DNA of 64,000 nucleotides from an uncultured Gammaproteobacteria bacterium. GTDB lineage: Bacteria; Patescibacteriota; Patescibacteriia; JACPL01; CAZRYK01. Below the pieces are notes generated by a model. That model ran no database searches. It had not been told where the DNA came from and saw only the letters and a program-made list of their open reading frames with translations. The stretch spans positions 2,459-66,458 of the forward strand of contig CAZRYK010000001.1 in assembly GCA_964604315.1 (NCBI GenBank), given 5' to 3'. Below are positions 27,014 through 37,848 of the stretch, piece by piece. The translations under genes and the position numbers were made by a program. Positions within the stretch are counted from its first letter, which is position 1, and each line of letters starts with the position of its first letter.

Positions 27014-28831
27014 ATGGATTCACGCCTAGAACAGAAGCTCATTATCGCATTTCAAGAAAAAAAACTCAATCAAACAGCTCACGACGAGATTCTCCGATGG
27101 CTTAATGATAAGGAATTTGAAGAATTTGTTCCCGAGTTAACTTCTAAAATTGAAGGCGAAGAGTGGGATATGTTGATGGATGCATTTTATCGTACAGTAA
27201 TTTTTGGAACAGGGGGTATTCGTGGAACGATGGATATCGGCACAAATCGCATTAACAATTACACCGTTCGGTGGGCCTCACAATCCTATGCACAATATCT
27301 ACTCAAATATAAAAAGCATCTTGTCAATCGTGGAGTTGCTATTGCTTATGACAGCCGTCTCAATTCTGAGCAATTCATGAAGGAAACAGCGCGCGTTCTA
27401 GCTGCCAATGGAATCTTAGTTCACGTTTTTCCTTATTATCGATCGACGCCAGAGCTTTCCTTTACCGTTCGTTTTTTGAAACTTGCAGGAGGAATTGTCA
27501 TTACCGCAAGTCATAATCCACCGGAATTCAATGGTTATAAAGTATATGATGAGAATGGGGTGCAAGTTCTGCCAGAAATCGGCCTTCAGATCGAAAAAGA
27601 ATTTCAGTCCGTCAAAAAAATTCTTAAAATTTCTTTCGATGAAGCGGTTAAAAAAGATCAAGTTACATTTATACCAGATACCGTAGATAAAGCTTTTGCG
27701 AAATCCGCTCAACAAGTCTCTGTCTACCCTGGACGCGATGTTCATATTGTCTATTCTCCGCTCCATGGCGTGGGTTCCGAATCAGTGCTCCCTGTCTTAA
27801 CAGAAGTTGGCTTTAAACAAATTTCTGTTGTTGAGGAACAGATGAGTCTAGATGGAACTTTTCCGAATGTTAAAGGCCATTTTCCAAATCCCGAATTTGC
27901 CGTAGTCTATGAAGCGTCCTTAGAACTTGCGAAAAAAAACCATGCGGATATTGTCATTGTTTCTGACCCAGATGCCGATCGATTGGGAATTGCCGTTCCA
28001 GATAAGAATGGACACTGGTACAATCTTAGCGGCAATCAAGGGGCAGTTCTTATGGGATATTTTTATATAAAAAATTTAAAAGAGTCGGGCAGAATGCCAA
28101 AAAAACCCGTGATAATCAAAACCTCTGTCACAACCGACCTTGTAAGAGATATTGGAGAGGCTTTCGGCGCTAAAGTGATTGGCGATCTATTAGTAGGTTT
28201 CAAATTTATTGGTGATCGACTGCAAAATCTTCCCCCGGAAGAACAATTTCTATTTGGTTGTGAAGAAAGCGTCGGGTATCTCTTTAGTTCAGATTATCGA
28301 GACAAGGGAGCTGAAACACCAGCTATTGTAGCAGCAGAAATGGGAGCGTGGTGTAAGGCTCAAGGAATGACCCCTGTTGATCTCATGGAGAATATTTATC
28401 ATCAGTTTGGTTTTTACGCTGAGCGACTTTACTACCGACTGATTGAAGGTTTTGGCTCATTTGACCAAATGAATCTTGCTATGGCAGAACTTCGCAAAAA
28501 CCTCCCAACTGAAATTGGCCATCGAAAGGTCATTAAGATCATTGATCGACTTTCCAGTGAAGTACGAGATGGTCAGAGTGGCGCTCTTATCGAAACACGA
28601 GATTGGGACAAAGGAGATATGCTTTCCTTTTTCCTTTCCGATGATGAACGTAATGTTATTCATGTCCGACCTTCAGCGACCGAACCTAAGATGAAATATT
28701 ATACAGCAGTTAAAGACAGCCTACAAAATAGGACAAAAGATGAAATTAATAAAGAAGCAGAGACACTTGAAAAGGCCATTGTAGAAATTTTTGAAAACAT
28801 CCTTTCAAAAATAAAAGTGAATGTTTTTTAG
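27014..28831 (+). CDS. Phosphoglucomutase/phosphomannomutase family phospho-sugar mutase
   Basis: Canonical active site 'GGIVITASHNPPEFNGYKV'; 605 aa. Confidence 0.8.
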   Translation: MDSRLEQKLIIAFQEKKLNQTAHDEILRWLNDKEFEEFVPELTSKIEGEEWDMLMDAFYRTVIFGTGGIRGTMDIGTNRINNYTVRWASQSYAQYLLKYKKHLVNRGVAIAYDSRLNSEQFMKETARVLAANGILVHVFPYYRSTPELSFTVRFLKLAGGIVITASHNPPEFNGYKVYDENGVQVLPEIGLQIEKEFQSVKKILKISFDEAVKKDQVTFIPDTVDKAFAKSAQQVSVYPGRDVHIVYSPLHGVGSESVLPVLTEVGFKQISVVEEQMSLDGTFPNVKGHFPNPEFAVVYEASLELAKKNHADIVIVSDPDADRLGIAVPDKNGHWYNLSGNQGAVLMGYFYIKNLKESGRMPKKPVIIKTSVTTDLVRDIGEAFGAKVIGDLLVGFKFIGDRLQNLPPEEQFLFGCEESVGYLFSSDYRDKGAETPAIVAAEMGAWCKAQGMTPVDLMENIYHQFGFYAERLYYRLIEGFGSFDQMNLAMAELRKNLPTEIGHRKVIKIIDRLSSEVRDGQSGALIETRDWDKGDMLSFFLSDDERNVIHVRPSATEPKMKYYTAVKDSLQNRTKDEINKEAETLEKAIVEIFENILSKIKVNVF

Positions 28832-28919
28832 GTTAATCCAAAATTTTAGAGACTGTCCAACAAGAACACTTGGAGCATCTTTTCCTGTCAGTATTTGATT
28901 CTTTTTTTAAACAATTATC

Positions 28920-29666
28920 ATGATCGGCATTTTTGACTCCGGTATTGGAGGGCTAGGCATATATCATGAATTAAAAAAACGTCTACCCCACGTGGGCGTT
29001 TTGTATGTGGCGGATTATGCCTTTGCGCCATACGGAGACAAAACCCCAAAAGCGATTCGCGAACGCGTCGTTTCTCTTACGCACGACTTAGAAGAAAAAG
29101 GCGCGCAAATGGTTATTGCGGCGTGTAATACCGCCACTGTCTTGGCATTGTCCGAAATGCGCGCCGCAACCTGCATTCCAGTGGTGGGCACGGTTCCGGC
29201 AGTGAAGCCGGCTTGCGAAAAATCCCCAAACGGAAATATTGTGGTTTTAGGCACCACGCGAACATGCAACAGCGCTTACCAAAAAAATCTTATTGCCCAA
29301 TACGGCAAAGAAAAAAATATTCAGGCGTTGGCGTTACCGGGTCTGGTGGATTGCATTGAAAACCGCGATACGCAAAGCGAAACATTCCTTGAACGCATGA
29401 AAATGATTAGTAAGGCGGTTCAAAAACAGAGTGCGGACACGATTGTTTTGGGGTGCACGCACTTCACTCTTATCCAAGACGAAATCCAACAAGCCGTAGG
29501 GAGCGCGGTACATATTATTGATTCGAACGCCGCGGTTGCGCGACAAGCAGAACGGGTTGCTATGCAAAGCGGCCTAGAAATTTCTGGCGGCAATGATCGT
29601 TTTATGAGCACCGATACTCGCGTCGCGTTTCAGACGCGCATCTCCTGGGCTCTTTCTCGTCTCTAA
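28920..29666 (+). CDS. murI: Glutamate racemase
   Basis: 'IGIFDSGIGGL', 'AACNTAT', 'LGCTHF'. Confidence 0.85.
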   Translation: MIGIFDSGIGGLGIYHELKKRLPHVGVLYVADYAFAPYGDKTPKAIRERVVSLTHDLEEKGAQMVIAACNTATVLALSEMRAATCIPVVGTVPAVKPACEKSPNGNIVVLGTTRTCNSAYQKNLIAQYGKEKNIQALALPGLVDCIENRDTQSETFLERMKMISKAVQKQSADTIVLGCTHFTLIQDEIQQAVGSAVHIIDSNAAVARQAERVAMQSGLEISGGNDRFMSTDTRVAFQTRISWALSRL

Positions 29667-29718
29667 GGCCTAAAAACCCATAAGTGTAAATTGCACGGCC
29701 GCCCATTTTACACTTATT

Positions 29719-30699
29719 TTATCGCAAGCCGATGGCCTCATACACGCGATCGCGCGTTTCATTCGCAACCTTCGCGGCTTTTTTTGTACCCTTTTCTAAA
29801 ATCTCTTCAACGTCATGATCCGAAAGGCGATCGTAAGCCTTATGGATGGGTTTCAAGAAATCCACCACAATATCGGCAAGGTCTTTTTTGAATTCTGCGT
29901 ATCCTTTGCCCTGGTACTTTTCTGTTATTTCATGCATCGCCATACCCGTCAACGCATGATAAATCGTCATCAGATTTGCCATCGCTTTTCTGTCCTCGTC
30001 GTAAACAATGGTTCCGGTAGAATCTGTTACCGCACGGGCAATTTTTTTTCGTACGTCTTTTTCTGGATCGAGTAACGAAATAAAATTGTTGGGACTGGGC
30101 GCACTTTTGCTCATTTTTGTTTGCGGGTCATCGAGCCCCATAATCCGCGCGCCATGCTCCACATACTTTCCTTCGGGCACCACAAAGACTTCTTCAAAAA
30201 TATTATTAAACCGTCGGGCAAGCGTTCGGGTTAATTCAATATGTTGTTCTTGGTCTTCGCCAACCGGCACAAAATGCGTTTGGTAAAGCAAAATGTCAGC
30301 GGCCATTAATACCGGATACGTCAACAACCCGGAATTAATATTCGTGCTATGCGTTTGCGCTTTGTCTTTAAACTGCGTCATGCGTTCAAGTTCAGCAATT
30401 TTTACCAACGTGCCCAAAACCCATGACACTTCCGTGTGTGCGGACACATGCGATTGCACAAAGAGAACACATTTTTTAGGGTCTAAGCCCACAGCCAGCA
30501 GAAGTTTTGCCGTGGTTAGCACATTTTTGCGCAGGAGGTCGGGAGCTTGCCGTACCGTAATGGCATGTAAATCCACAATACTATAAAACGCGTCAAAATC
30601 CTCTTGAAACGCAACCCATTGCTTAATCGCGCCAAGGTAGTTGCCAATATGCAAGACGCCGCTTGCCTGCACGCCACTTAAAATACGTTGCTTGGACAT
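29719..30699 (-). CDS. trpS: Tryptophanyl-tRNA synthetase
   Basis: Class I signature 'HIGNYLGA' and 'KMSKS'; 326 aa. Confidence 0.9.
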   Translation of the reverse strand: MSKQRILSGVQASGVLHIGNYLGAIKQWVAFQEDFDAFYSIVDLHAITVRQAPDLLRKNVLTTAKLLLAVGLDPKKCVLFVQSHVSAHTEVSWVLGTLVKIAELERMTQFKDKAQTHSTNINSGLLTYPVLMAADILLYQTHFVPVGEDQEQHIELTRTLARRFNNIFEEVFVVPEGKYVEHGARIMGLDDPQTKMSKSAPSPNNFISLLDPEKDVRKKIARAVTDSTGTIVYDEDRKAMANLMTIYHALTGMAMHEITEKYQGKGYAEFKKDLADIVVDFLKPIHKAYDRLSDHDVEEILEKGTKKAAKVANETRDRVYEAIGLR

Positions 30700-30799
30700 G
30701 AGAATATTATAGCATAGGAAAGGGGTAAGGAATAAGGGTTAAGGGATAAGTAGTTTTAATAAACCTCTTAAACCTTATCCCTTGTCCCTTATACCTGAT

Positions 30800-30842
30800 G
30801 ACACAAAAATCCCCGACGGGATGCCGGGGATTTTTGTGTCAT
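30800..30842. terminator. Bidirectional rho-independent terminator
   Basis: GACACAAAAATCCCCG-acgggatg-CCGGGGATTTTTGTGTC, a perfect palindrome with A/T runs on both sides. Confidence 0.6.
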
Positions 30843-30854
30843 TTTTATTGACGT

Positions 30855-33800
30855 TTAGTTGCTCATTGAGGTTAACGATGTGCCTCCACGGAATCCCGCG
30901 TGTAACGGCGTGAATTGCGAGAGAACATCACCTGTTGCACCGTTGAATGTTCGGACAACCGGGCCTAAACCCGCTCCACCGGCCATCACAACTTCGGCGC
31001 TACCGTTGCCATCTAAGTCCGTTACGGCCATACTGAACGATCCTTTGGTTGCACCGTAACCCGTGAATTGTGTTTTCACGTCGCCATCTTTCGTGAAGAC
31101 GCGCGCTTGAGCTGTGCCGCCCATTTTTGGCATGGTCACAACGTCTAAGATGGCATCGCCATCTACATCACCAACACCAAGTTGGACGCCACCTTTAAAG
31201 CCTGTACCATAACCGTTCCATTGGGCTAACAAGCTTCCGTCGTTATCATGAACGCGCACTTGGGAGCCACCTGTAGCTTGGGCCGTAAGAATTTCCATGT
31301 TGCCATCGCCGTCCAAGTCTGCGGTGTTTAACGCTCCCACGCCGCCTTTGTAGCTCGAGGGATAAGCATTGTATTGCGATAAGCTTTCGCCGTTCCGATC
31401 AAACACGCGCACTTGGGAGCCACCGGTTTTTTGCGCCACCACAATCTCCCCCGTTCCATCACCCGTTAAGTCCGTAAGGGAAAGGTAAGCGCCGCCCATG
31501 TAGGTTCCGAAGGCATTGAAGCGCGAAAGGAGGTTACCATCCCGATCCCACACTTTGACATCGCTCGTGGCGCCGCTTGCCGGCACCGTCACCAGTTCTA
31601 AGTTGCCATCGCCGTCCATGTCGTACGCCGCGGCTTTCATACCGCCTTTGTACCCTGACGGATAGGCAACCCATTGGGAAAGCACATCCCCATCGCCGTT
31701 AAAGCGGCGAACTTGCGCAGGGTAGTTCGAAGAAGGCATTGTAATAACTTCATCCGTGCCATCAGCATCCATATCGGCAACGACGACATCTACACCCATT
31801 CGCAGAGTTTCGCCGTACGCAAACCAGGTAGCAAGGGTATTACCGTCTTTGTCTGCGCGAACCACTTGTGGGCCCGCATTGCTCATTCCGGTTACCACTA
31901 ACGCATGAGCGGCGGCGGTTGCGGTGTTGCCAGACACGGACTGTGCCGCGCCAGAAGCCGCGCCCAAGGTAGCAAATTCCGTAAAGTGGTCAACGTCTGT
32001 TCCAAGGCTGTCGGCCTCGGTGTTTAAGCTGTAGCTTGATGGGGTTTGCCATGTGCCAGAATCCGTATCGAAGTACTTGATAATAAGATTTTCTTCCGGA
32101 ACGCCTGACTCCTCGACTAACGCTTGGTCATACGGCATGTCAATGTGAATCTCATCTTCGAAAGATTGAATCTCTGTGCCACTTTCGTCCGTTGCCGTAA
32201 AGGCCCATGCATAGGTGATTAAAGTTTCATCTTTCGTTTGCATCACCTGCGTGGTAGGCTCGGCGGTAATGGTCACGGTTTCGTCATCGGTACTTAACGC
32301 GGCGGCAGGAACTGTCAGCGTTGTGCCGTCCGGAAGACCGATCTCTTTTTGTTCAGATGCGGAGAAACTTGTTGTCACTGCATCCGGAATCTCGAAACTG
32401 GCCTCTTCTACCGTAATGGTTTGATCGTAATCTCCAGCGCTCGGAACCGACACAATGACTTCCGGGGATCGGTAAAATTTATTTGATCCAAACTCATTGC
32501 CGTCGCATTGCACGAACCAGTCATTTCCAGATTTTACCGCAACGGACGCTGTGCCATTAAAGACTTCACCGCCGGTAAATAGACCATCTGAGGTATACCC
32601 GTGGCAATAGCCAAACGGTAATGTTCCACCCGTGTCTACCGCGACATCAATATTAATGTTCGCATCGGCTTTGCCAAATTGGAAGTTAAGTTCTTTCGTA
32701 TCGCCCACATTCATTTCAACGCGCTGGCCTTCGGGCGGCATTAAGCCTTTCCCGGACATGAAGTGGGGAATACCCGTATTCACAAAGTAGGTTTCACCGC
32801 CAACCACACCTAAAGTATACTCACCGTTTTCATCAGTTTGCGAACCCGAGTCAATACGCTTTTTGGATCCGGCCTCAATAGCGCCGCCGTCTTCGCCTTC
32901 TTTAAAGAATTCTTCGGTGTTCGTTGCAAAGACAAAGGCAAAAGCTACCGGCGCTCCGGTTTCATCTACCACTCTTCCTGTTAATGTTGCATCGGAGCGG
33001 TAGGCTACAACATTATAGTTATACGTTCCGGCTGTCGGCACCGCTAATCCTTCAAAAGAAGGAGGTGTGGGAATAAGATTTCCTGCGCCTGCGTTTTCTC
33101 CGCCTTTTTCAGCGCCCGGGCCCATGAAGCCGGCAAAGAAACCCATGTTGTATTTCTTTGTTGCGTCACTGCGAACCGACATGGAGTAGCTACCAGTCTG
33201 TTGGTCTACTTCTGCTTCACGGAAACCGCCAAAACCTCCATCAGCTGATCGCGTCTCGGCAACCACGCGCGCAAAGGTGTTAGTGACTTTGGCGCCTGTT
33301 TGGTCAACCAAGAACCCTTCAATCGTTGAATCGTTTTTTACTAAAGTTACTGTTGCAGTTGCGGATGCGTCATTGCCAACAACAACCGTTACAGGCGCAT
33401 CCATGGAATAATCTTGTTCATTCGGCGGCATGTGCACGTCACATTCATAGGTTTTGTTATCCGGAACCGGCAATGTTGCCGTTGCATTCTGGAAACCGCC
33501 AAAGTAATCGTTTCCTGGGCCAAACATTGTGCCCTTCACATGACAGCTTGCGCCATACCACTTATTGCCTAACGAGGCTCCGTCGCTTGCTACCAAGGTC
33601 AATACGATCGAACCCGTCACGCGAACCACGTTAAAATTCTTGCCAGAAACGGTCTCATTGTCTTTTACTTCCAGTTCAATAGGCATGTTGTTTTCCGGCT
33701 GATAAGAATCTGTTGACGTGCCTGGAGTGGCGTTCGGATCTTGCCGTTGGAACGTGTCGATTTGCACGCCCCATTTTCCCGGGTTGACAAAGAGTTCGTA

Positions 33801-35303
33801 ATTACCAGAAGAATCGGTTTCGTCATCGGCCCATCCAAAACCCCCGCCCACCTGAAATGCGCGGACGCGAAGGCTTGCAACGCCAGCGCCTGTGTCTTTG
33901 TCCATCACTTTGCCGGTAATCTTCGAATTGCGTTTCTTTAATTGAATCACGCCAACATCTAGCGTTTGATCTTTTTCAACTGTGACTTTTACCTCATCGT
34001 TATAAAGCTCGCTATTATTGGTCCAAACCGACAAGCTATAGGAACCCGCCTGCACCGAGACCTGAAAAGCGCCATTTTGAATGCCCGAGCTTGTCCCCAT
34101 GCCATTCGTGCTACGAATGTCTACGGAACCTTGATTATACAGATTACCATTTGTGTCTTTCACGGTTCCTTTAATTGTTGCGTCGGCTTTATCGACTTCA
34201 ATAGTCACACTGACTGTTTCTACGGTTTTGTCATCTTTAAAGTTTGCGCTAATAGGTTCACCAAAGGGCTGAATCCAATCCACGGTTTGCTGTTGTCCTG
34301 TTTGCTCATTGAAAGCTGGCATGACGTTCAGTTGCCAAGATCCGCCTTGCGCCAGGCTTAAGGTTGCCTGCCCGCTTGCGTTCACGCTAGCAGAAGCGTT
34401 CCCTGCGGCTCCGGGGCGGAACGCGCTCACTTGAGCCGTTGTGACTGCGGCTCCGGTGCCTTTATATTTTACCGTGACAACGAGTGTTTTAGAAGCGGTA
34501 ATTAAGGCAATGTCTTGTCGCACCGTTGCGCCGGCAAGAGTCAACGCAATAGGATCCGGCGCTGATTGACCGCTTGGAGCATTGCGAGGATCTAAGAAAA
34601 CTTCTAATTTTACCGCACCGATGACGCTGGAAATATCCATCGAAAACGTCCCTGCGGCGTTCGTGTTGCCAAAAACAAATTTCGAAAAGGTATCATCGTG
34701 CAGGTTCACGCCCGAGTTCGCAATCGGCGTTGCACCATCGGATTGCGTGAAGACGCCGAACAGTACACCCGTTCCGATCACATTCGGCGCACTTGGCATA
34801 CCTTGCGTCTGTTGACCAAACCCCTCTTGAGGTTGTGATTGATCTTCTGTGCTCACAAACACATTGTACGCTGTTGCGCGTGACGGGTTCGTGACATTAC
34901 TAATCCGGAACAAGGAGTTCCCCGCCGCTATCTGTGACGGTGTTGTGACGGATATCATTCCACCGCCGGCATTGGACGGGATCGTTGTCACGGAACCACC
35001 CTGGGCGACGCGCCCGATGGTTGCAGAGGAGAGGTTAAACTCCCCGGCAGAAAAATCGGCCGAATTAAAATTAAAAGATAACGGCGTATTGGCCGGTATC
35101 GCCTGGGTACTCGTGATCCGAATGTCATAGTTTGCTGTTGCACTGGTCGTCGTCGATGTCGACGAAACGATAGTGACACCTGTGACTAACGGATCGCTCA
35201 CAGCGCTAGCAGGCTTGGCACTGGCCCCAAACCCCACGGCTGCGACAAACGCTAATAGAGCCGCAAGACTCCATCGGCGCACATGCAAATGCTCGTTCTT
35301 CAT
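30855..35303 (-). CDS. Giant secreted cell-surface protein: Ig-like/carboxypeptidase-regulatory-like repeats plus C-terminal FG-GAP beta-propeller repeats
   Basis: Signal peptide; 1482 aa; repeated 'D(M/L)DGDG..E(I/L)V' FG-GAP motifs in the C-terminal third. Confidence 0.7.
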   Translation of the reverse strand: MKNEHLHVRRWSLAALLAFVAAVGFGASAKPASAVSDPLVTGVTIVSSTSTTTSATANYDIRITSTQAIPANTPLSFNFNSADFSAGEFNLSSATIGRVAQGGSVTTIPSNAGGGMISVTTPSQIAAGNSLFRISNVTNPSRATAYNVFVSTEDQSQPQEGFGQQTQGMPSAPNVIGTGVLFGVFTQSDGATPIANSGVNLHDDTFSKFVFGNTNAAGTFSMDISSVIGAVKLEVFLDPRNAPSGQSAPDPIALTLAGATVRQDIALITASKTLVVTVKYKGTGAAVTTAQVSAFRPGAAGNASASVNASGQATLSLAQGGSWQLNVMPAFNEQTGQQQTVDWIQPFGEPISANFKDDKTVETVSVTIEVDKADATIKGTVKDTNGNLYNQGSVDIRSTNGMGTSSGIQNGAFQVSVQAGSYSLSVWTNNSELYNDEVKVTVEKDQTLDVGVIQLKKRNSKITGKVMDKDTGAGVASLRVRAFQVGGGFGWADDETDSSGNYELFVNPGKWGVQIDTFQRQDPNATPGTSTDSYQPENNMPIELEVKDNETVSGKNFNVVRVTGSIVLTLVASDGASLGNKWYGASCHVKGTMFGPGNDYFGGFQNATATLPVPDNKTYECDVHMPPNEQDYSMDAPVTVVVGNDASATATVTLVKNDSTIEGFLVDQTGAKVTNTFARVVAETRSADGGFGGFREAEVDQQTGSYSMSVRSDATKKYNMGFFAGFMGPGAEKGGENAGAGNLIPTPPSFEGLAVPTAGTYNYNVVAYRSDATLTGRVVDETGAPVAFAFVFATNTEEFFKEGEDGGAIEAGSKKRIDSGSQTDENGEYTLGVVGGETYFVNTGIPHFMSGKGLMPPEGQRVEMNVGDTKELNFQFGKADANINIDVAVDTGGTLPFGYCHGYTSDGLFTGGEVFNGTASVAVKSGNDWFVQCDGNEFGSNKFYRSPEVIVSVPSAGDYDQTITVEEASFEIPDAVTTSFSASEQKEIGLPDGTTLTVPAAALSTDDETVTITAEPTTQVMQTKDETLITYAWAFTATDESGTEIQSFEDEIHIDMPYDQALVEESGVPEENLIIKYFDTDSGTWQTPSSYSLNTEADSLGTDVDHFTEFATLGAASGAAQSVSGNTATAAAHALVVTGMSNAGPQVVRADKDGNTLATWFAYGETLRMGVDVVVADMDADGTDEVITMPSSNYPAQVRRFNGDGDVLSQWVAYPSGYKGGMKAAAYDMDGDGNLELVTVPASGATSDVKVWDRDGNLLSRFNAFGTYMGGAYLSLTDLTGDGTGEIVVAQKTGGSQVRVFDRNGESLSQYNAYPSSYKGGVGALNTADLDGDGNMEILTAQATGGSQVRVHDNDGSLLAQWNGYGTGFKGGVQLGVGDVDGDAILDVVTMPKMGGTAQARVFTKDGDVKTQFTGYGATKGSFSMAVTDLDGNGSAEVVMAGGAGLGPVVRTFNGATGDVLSQFTPLHAGFRGGTSLTSMSN

Positions 35304-35613
35304 AATACCTTTTTAGGACGCCGCTTCTCTTTACAAGCATGTAAGAGAAAAAGCTTCCGGTTTATTAAGTACTTAGCAACTAAAATATTTTCGCGTTTTT
35401 ATCTTTAATACGCAAAAAAGGCTACTAACGATCTATCGTGAGCAACCTTTTTGGCCAAAAGACGCCCCCCGAAAGAGAGGGTAGGCACGCTTCTTAAAAA
35501 TATCTTTTTAAACCTCCTAAACATGTTTCGTTGTAGACAGAAACAATTGATAAATACATTATACACCGCTTATGCCTTTCTGTCAATCAGATTGTGGAAA
35601 AATCTGGAGCTTG

Positions 35614-36399
35614 TTAAAATAACTGCGCCTGATGCGTGGAGTTTTCAGAGATAATGGATGCATCGATAAACCGCGCAACGGGCACCTGGCGCACTTCATG
35701 GCGTGTGTGACAGTAAGCAATAACGACATTTTCGCTATAACGCTGAATGTCAAATGTGCTTTTTTCGCGGGTTGCGATGTTGTTGCGAAGATCAATAAAT
35801 TCCACGGCCACGCGTTGATGATTGGTGGCGGCAAGACTTAAAATGTTTGCAATCGTCTGCTCTTGCCCCCACGGAACCGGAACTTTCCGTTGCTCTGCCC
35901 CGGATTTATACCAAATATAGCCGTGATTTTGCCCGTAATCATATAAATCTTTGGTTAAACGCACGTCATCCAAACAGTAACGTTCCAAATCTTCCCAGTT
36001 GCCTTCGCGGTAATACCGAATCGCGTCTAACCCGTGCCCAGACTTGCCTTCGTAAAGCGTGGCTTGAGCAAAACTTTCCAGTTTGATGCGAAAACCCTCG
36101 CTTTCTTGAGCTTGCGCCATAATATCGATCTGCGGCAAACTTGCTAAACGGATGTGCTGGCAATAGGGCTGCAGGACAAGCAAATCAAAATGGATTTGAT
36201 TAAACCCCACCATTTCGGGTTTGTTTTGAATAAGATACTCTTCAAATTGCGGCAAATCGTCTGCGCGGTAGGCTTTATAAGTATCTGTGTCATAAAAATA
36301 CACACCCAACAGCGAGACTCCCAACAAGTGAATATTGTGGTAGCCGCCAACATCCTGAAAACTTCGAGGGGTTTCTAAGTCGAGGACAATGCGGGGCAT
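35614..36399 (-). CDS. DEDD-type 3'-5' exonuclease related to the PolB exonuclease domain (PF10108-like)
   Basis: Exo I 'IVLDLET', Exo II 'GFNQIHFDLLVL', Exo III 'YCLDDVRLTKDLY'. Start placed at ATG 36397-36399; the track ORF begins at an upstream TTG. Confidence 0.55.
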   Translation of the reverse strand: MPRIVLDLETPRSFQDVGGYHNIHLLGVSLLGVYFYDTDTYKAYRADDLPQFEEYLIQNKPEMVGFNQIHFDLLVLQPYCQHIRLASLPQIDIMAQAQESEGFRIKLESFAQATLYEGKSGHGLDAIRYYREGNWEDLERYCLDDVRLTKDLYDYGQNHGYIWYKSGAEQRKVPVPWGQEQTIANILSLAATNHQRVAVEFIDLRNNIATREKSTFDIQRYSENVVIAYCHTRHEVRQVPVARFIDASIISENSTHQAQLF

Positions 36400-36485
36400 A
36401 GGAATGAGTCTGTAGTTGGTAGTTAGTAGTTTGGTAATGAGAAAAGACAATTATGATAGATGGATCGCTTGAGGGCTTCTACTAA

Positions 36486-37238
36486 TTATAGCTCTTCTCC
36501 ATCAATCAACACCTGAATTTCTTTTTGCTTGGGGCAGATTTCTAAAAAATCACAGGTCTTACAGTGCGGATTGATTGTAGCAGGAAACGCGTTATCGGCA
36601 AGAATGGTTTGCACGTCGTTCTGCACACGGGTAAGCGCATCTTGCATCACGGACTCGTCTATGGCAATGGTCTGCCATGTGTTATTTTGCAAGTACAAAT
36701 ACGAGGCGCGGGTAACGGGTTTTTCGGTTCGCCCATGCATGATTAACCCATACAACGCCAACTGCAACGGATCCGGTGGCGTTTCTGGAAGCTTGCCGGT
36801 TTTATAGTCGATAATATGTAAACCCTCATCGTCGCTATCTACGCGGTCAATGCGCCCCAAAATCTTTAAGCCAGGATCGATCATGCGGTCGTAATAGTTC
36901 TCTAAAAACACCGGTTGAATTGCGAGATTGTTCTTATAGCAAAAAAGTTTAAGCATCTGGATAGCTTTCGTTCCCCATTTTGCTTCATCTTCTTTGCCGC
37001 TGAACCCTTTGCGATTTTCCCGCCAGCGATTGCGCAAAATCGCCTCGAGCGTTGGAAAATCCCGTTTTTCGGGCTTTAATTCAAAAAAATCCTTTAGCGC
37101 GTTATGCACATGTGCGCCCATGGTAAGGTAAGGTTTTGGCTTTTTGTATTGATCCGCAAGGCCATCAACGTATGTAAATTTATACGCCTGCGGACATTGA
37201 GCGTACATTTGTAACTTAAAACTCGATGCGCGGAACAT
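36486..37238 (-). CDS. PD-(D/E)XK nuclease with Fe-S Cys cluster (Cas4/AddB-nuclease-domain-like)
   Basis: 'RIDRVD...IIDYKTGK', 'QLALYGL', Cys at 'CPQAY' plus C-terminal 'CKTCDFLEIC'. Confidence 0.6.
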   Translation of the reverse strand: MFRASSFKLQMYAQCPQAYKFTYVDGLADQYKKPKPYLTMGAHVHNALKDFFELKPEKRDFPTLEAILRNRWRENRKGFSGKEDEAKWGTKAIQMLKLFCYKNNLAIQPVFLENYYDRMIDPGLKILGRIDRVDSDDEGLHIIDYKTGKLPETPPDPLQLALYGLIMHGRTEKPVTRASYLYLQNNTWQTIAIDESVMQDALTRVQNDVQTILADNAFPATINPHCKTCDFLEICPKQKEIQVLIDGEEL

Positions 37239-37328
37239 AGGGGGGATCAGCGCTCGGCTTGGCGTTCGGAGTCACTACATTGGTGACCTCCGGCGAGTGA
37301 CTCCTTAACGCCAATCCAATCGCTGATG

Positions 37329-37631
37329 TTATTTTAGGAGTATTTGCAAAATGGCAAGGGCGGCAAAAAGGCTCATGAAAATCAGGGCCCAGATCATGCC
37401 CGTAAGAAACGCCGCAGAAAGCACTTTGTTTTCTCGCAAAAACGCCCATAGCGATAACCCCAACAACACGCCGAACAAAATAATGACCCACCCCAATGAC
37501 CCAGAGAACAAAAACTGCTTTCCACTGCTGGATTCGACAATGGCCACAAAAAACAGCGTTAACAGCGCAACCAGAAAACCGCTCCCTAACGACGACGCCC
37601 AAAAAAGTTTATGGCTCGACGCTTTAATCAT
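37329..37631 (-). CDS. Hypothetical membrane protein (3 TM)
   Basis: 100 aa; start overlaps the xseB stop (ATGA). Confidence 0.45.
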   Translation of the reverse strand: MIKASSHKLFWASSLGSGFLVALLTLFFVAIVESSSGKQFLFSGSLGWVIILFGVLLGLSLWAFLRENKVLSAAFLTGMIWALIFMSLFAALAILQILLK

Positions 37632-37843
37632 ACGACTTCTTCATCGTTATGGAACTTTTCTTTGATGGTCTCGATTTTTTTCTCTACATCGGAAAGCCGT
37701 TTTTTGAGTTCTTGCGCAATGATTAAACCTTCTTCGAACTTTTTTAACCCCGCATCTAAATCGACGTTCTCGCCTTCGAGTTCTTCGGTGATTTTTTCTA
37801 AGCGTTCAAATTGTTGCTGAAAACTGGGTTGTTTTGTTGGCAT
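37628..37843 (-). CDS. xseB: Exodeoxyribonuclease VII small subunit
   Basis: 71 aa coiled-coil 'FEEGLIIAQELKKRL'. Confidence 0.8.
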   Translation of the reverse strand: MPTKQPSFQQQFERLEKITEELEGENVDLDAGLKKFEEGLIIAQELKKRLSDVEKKIETIKEKFHNDEEVV

Positions 37844-37848
37844 AGATC

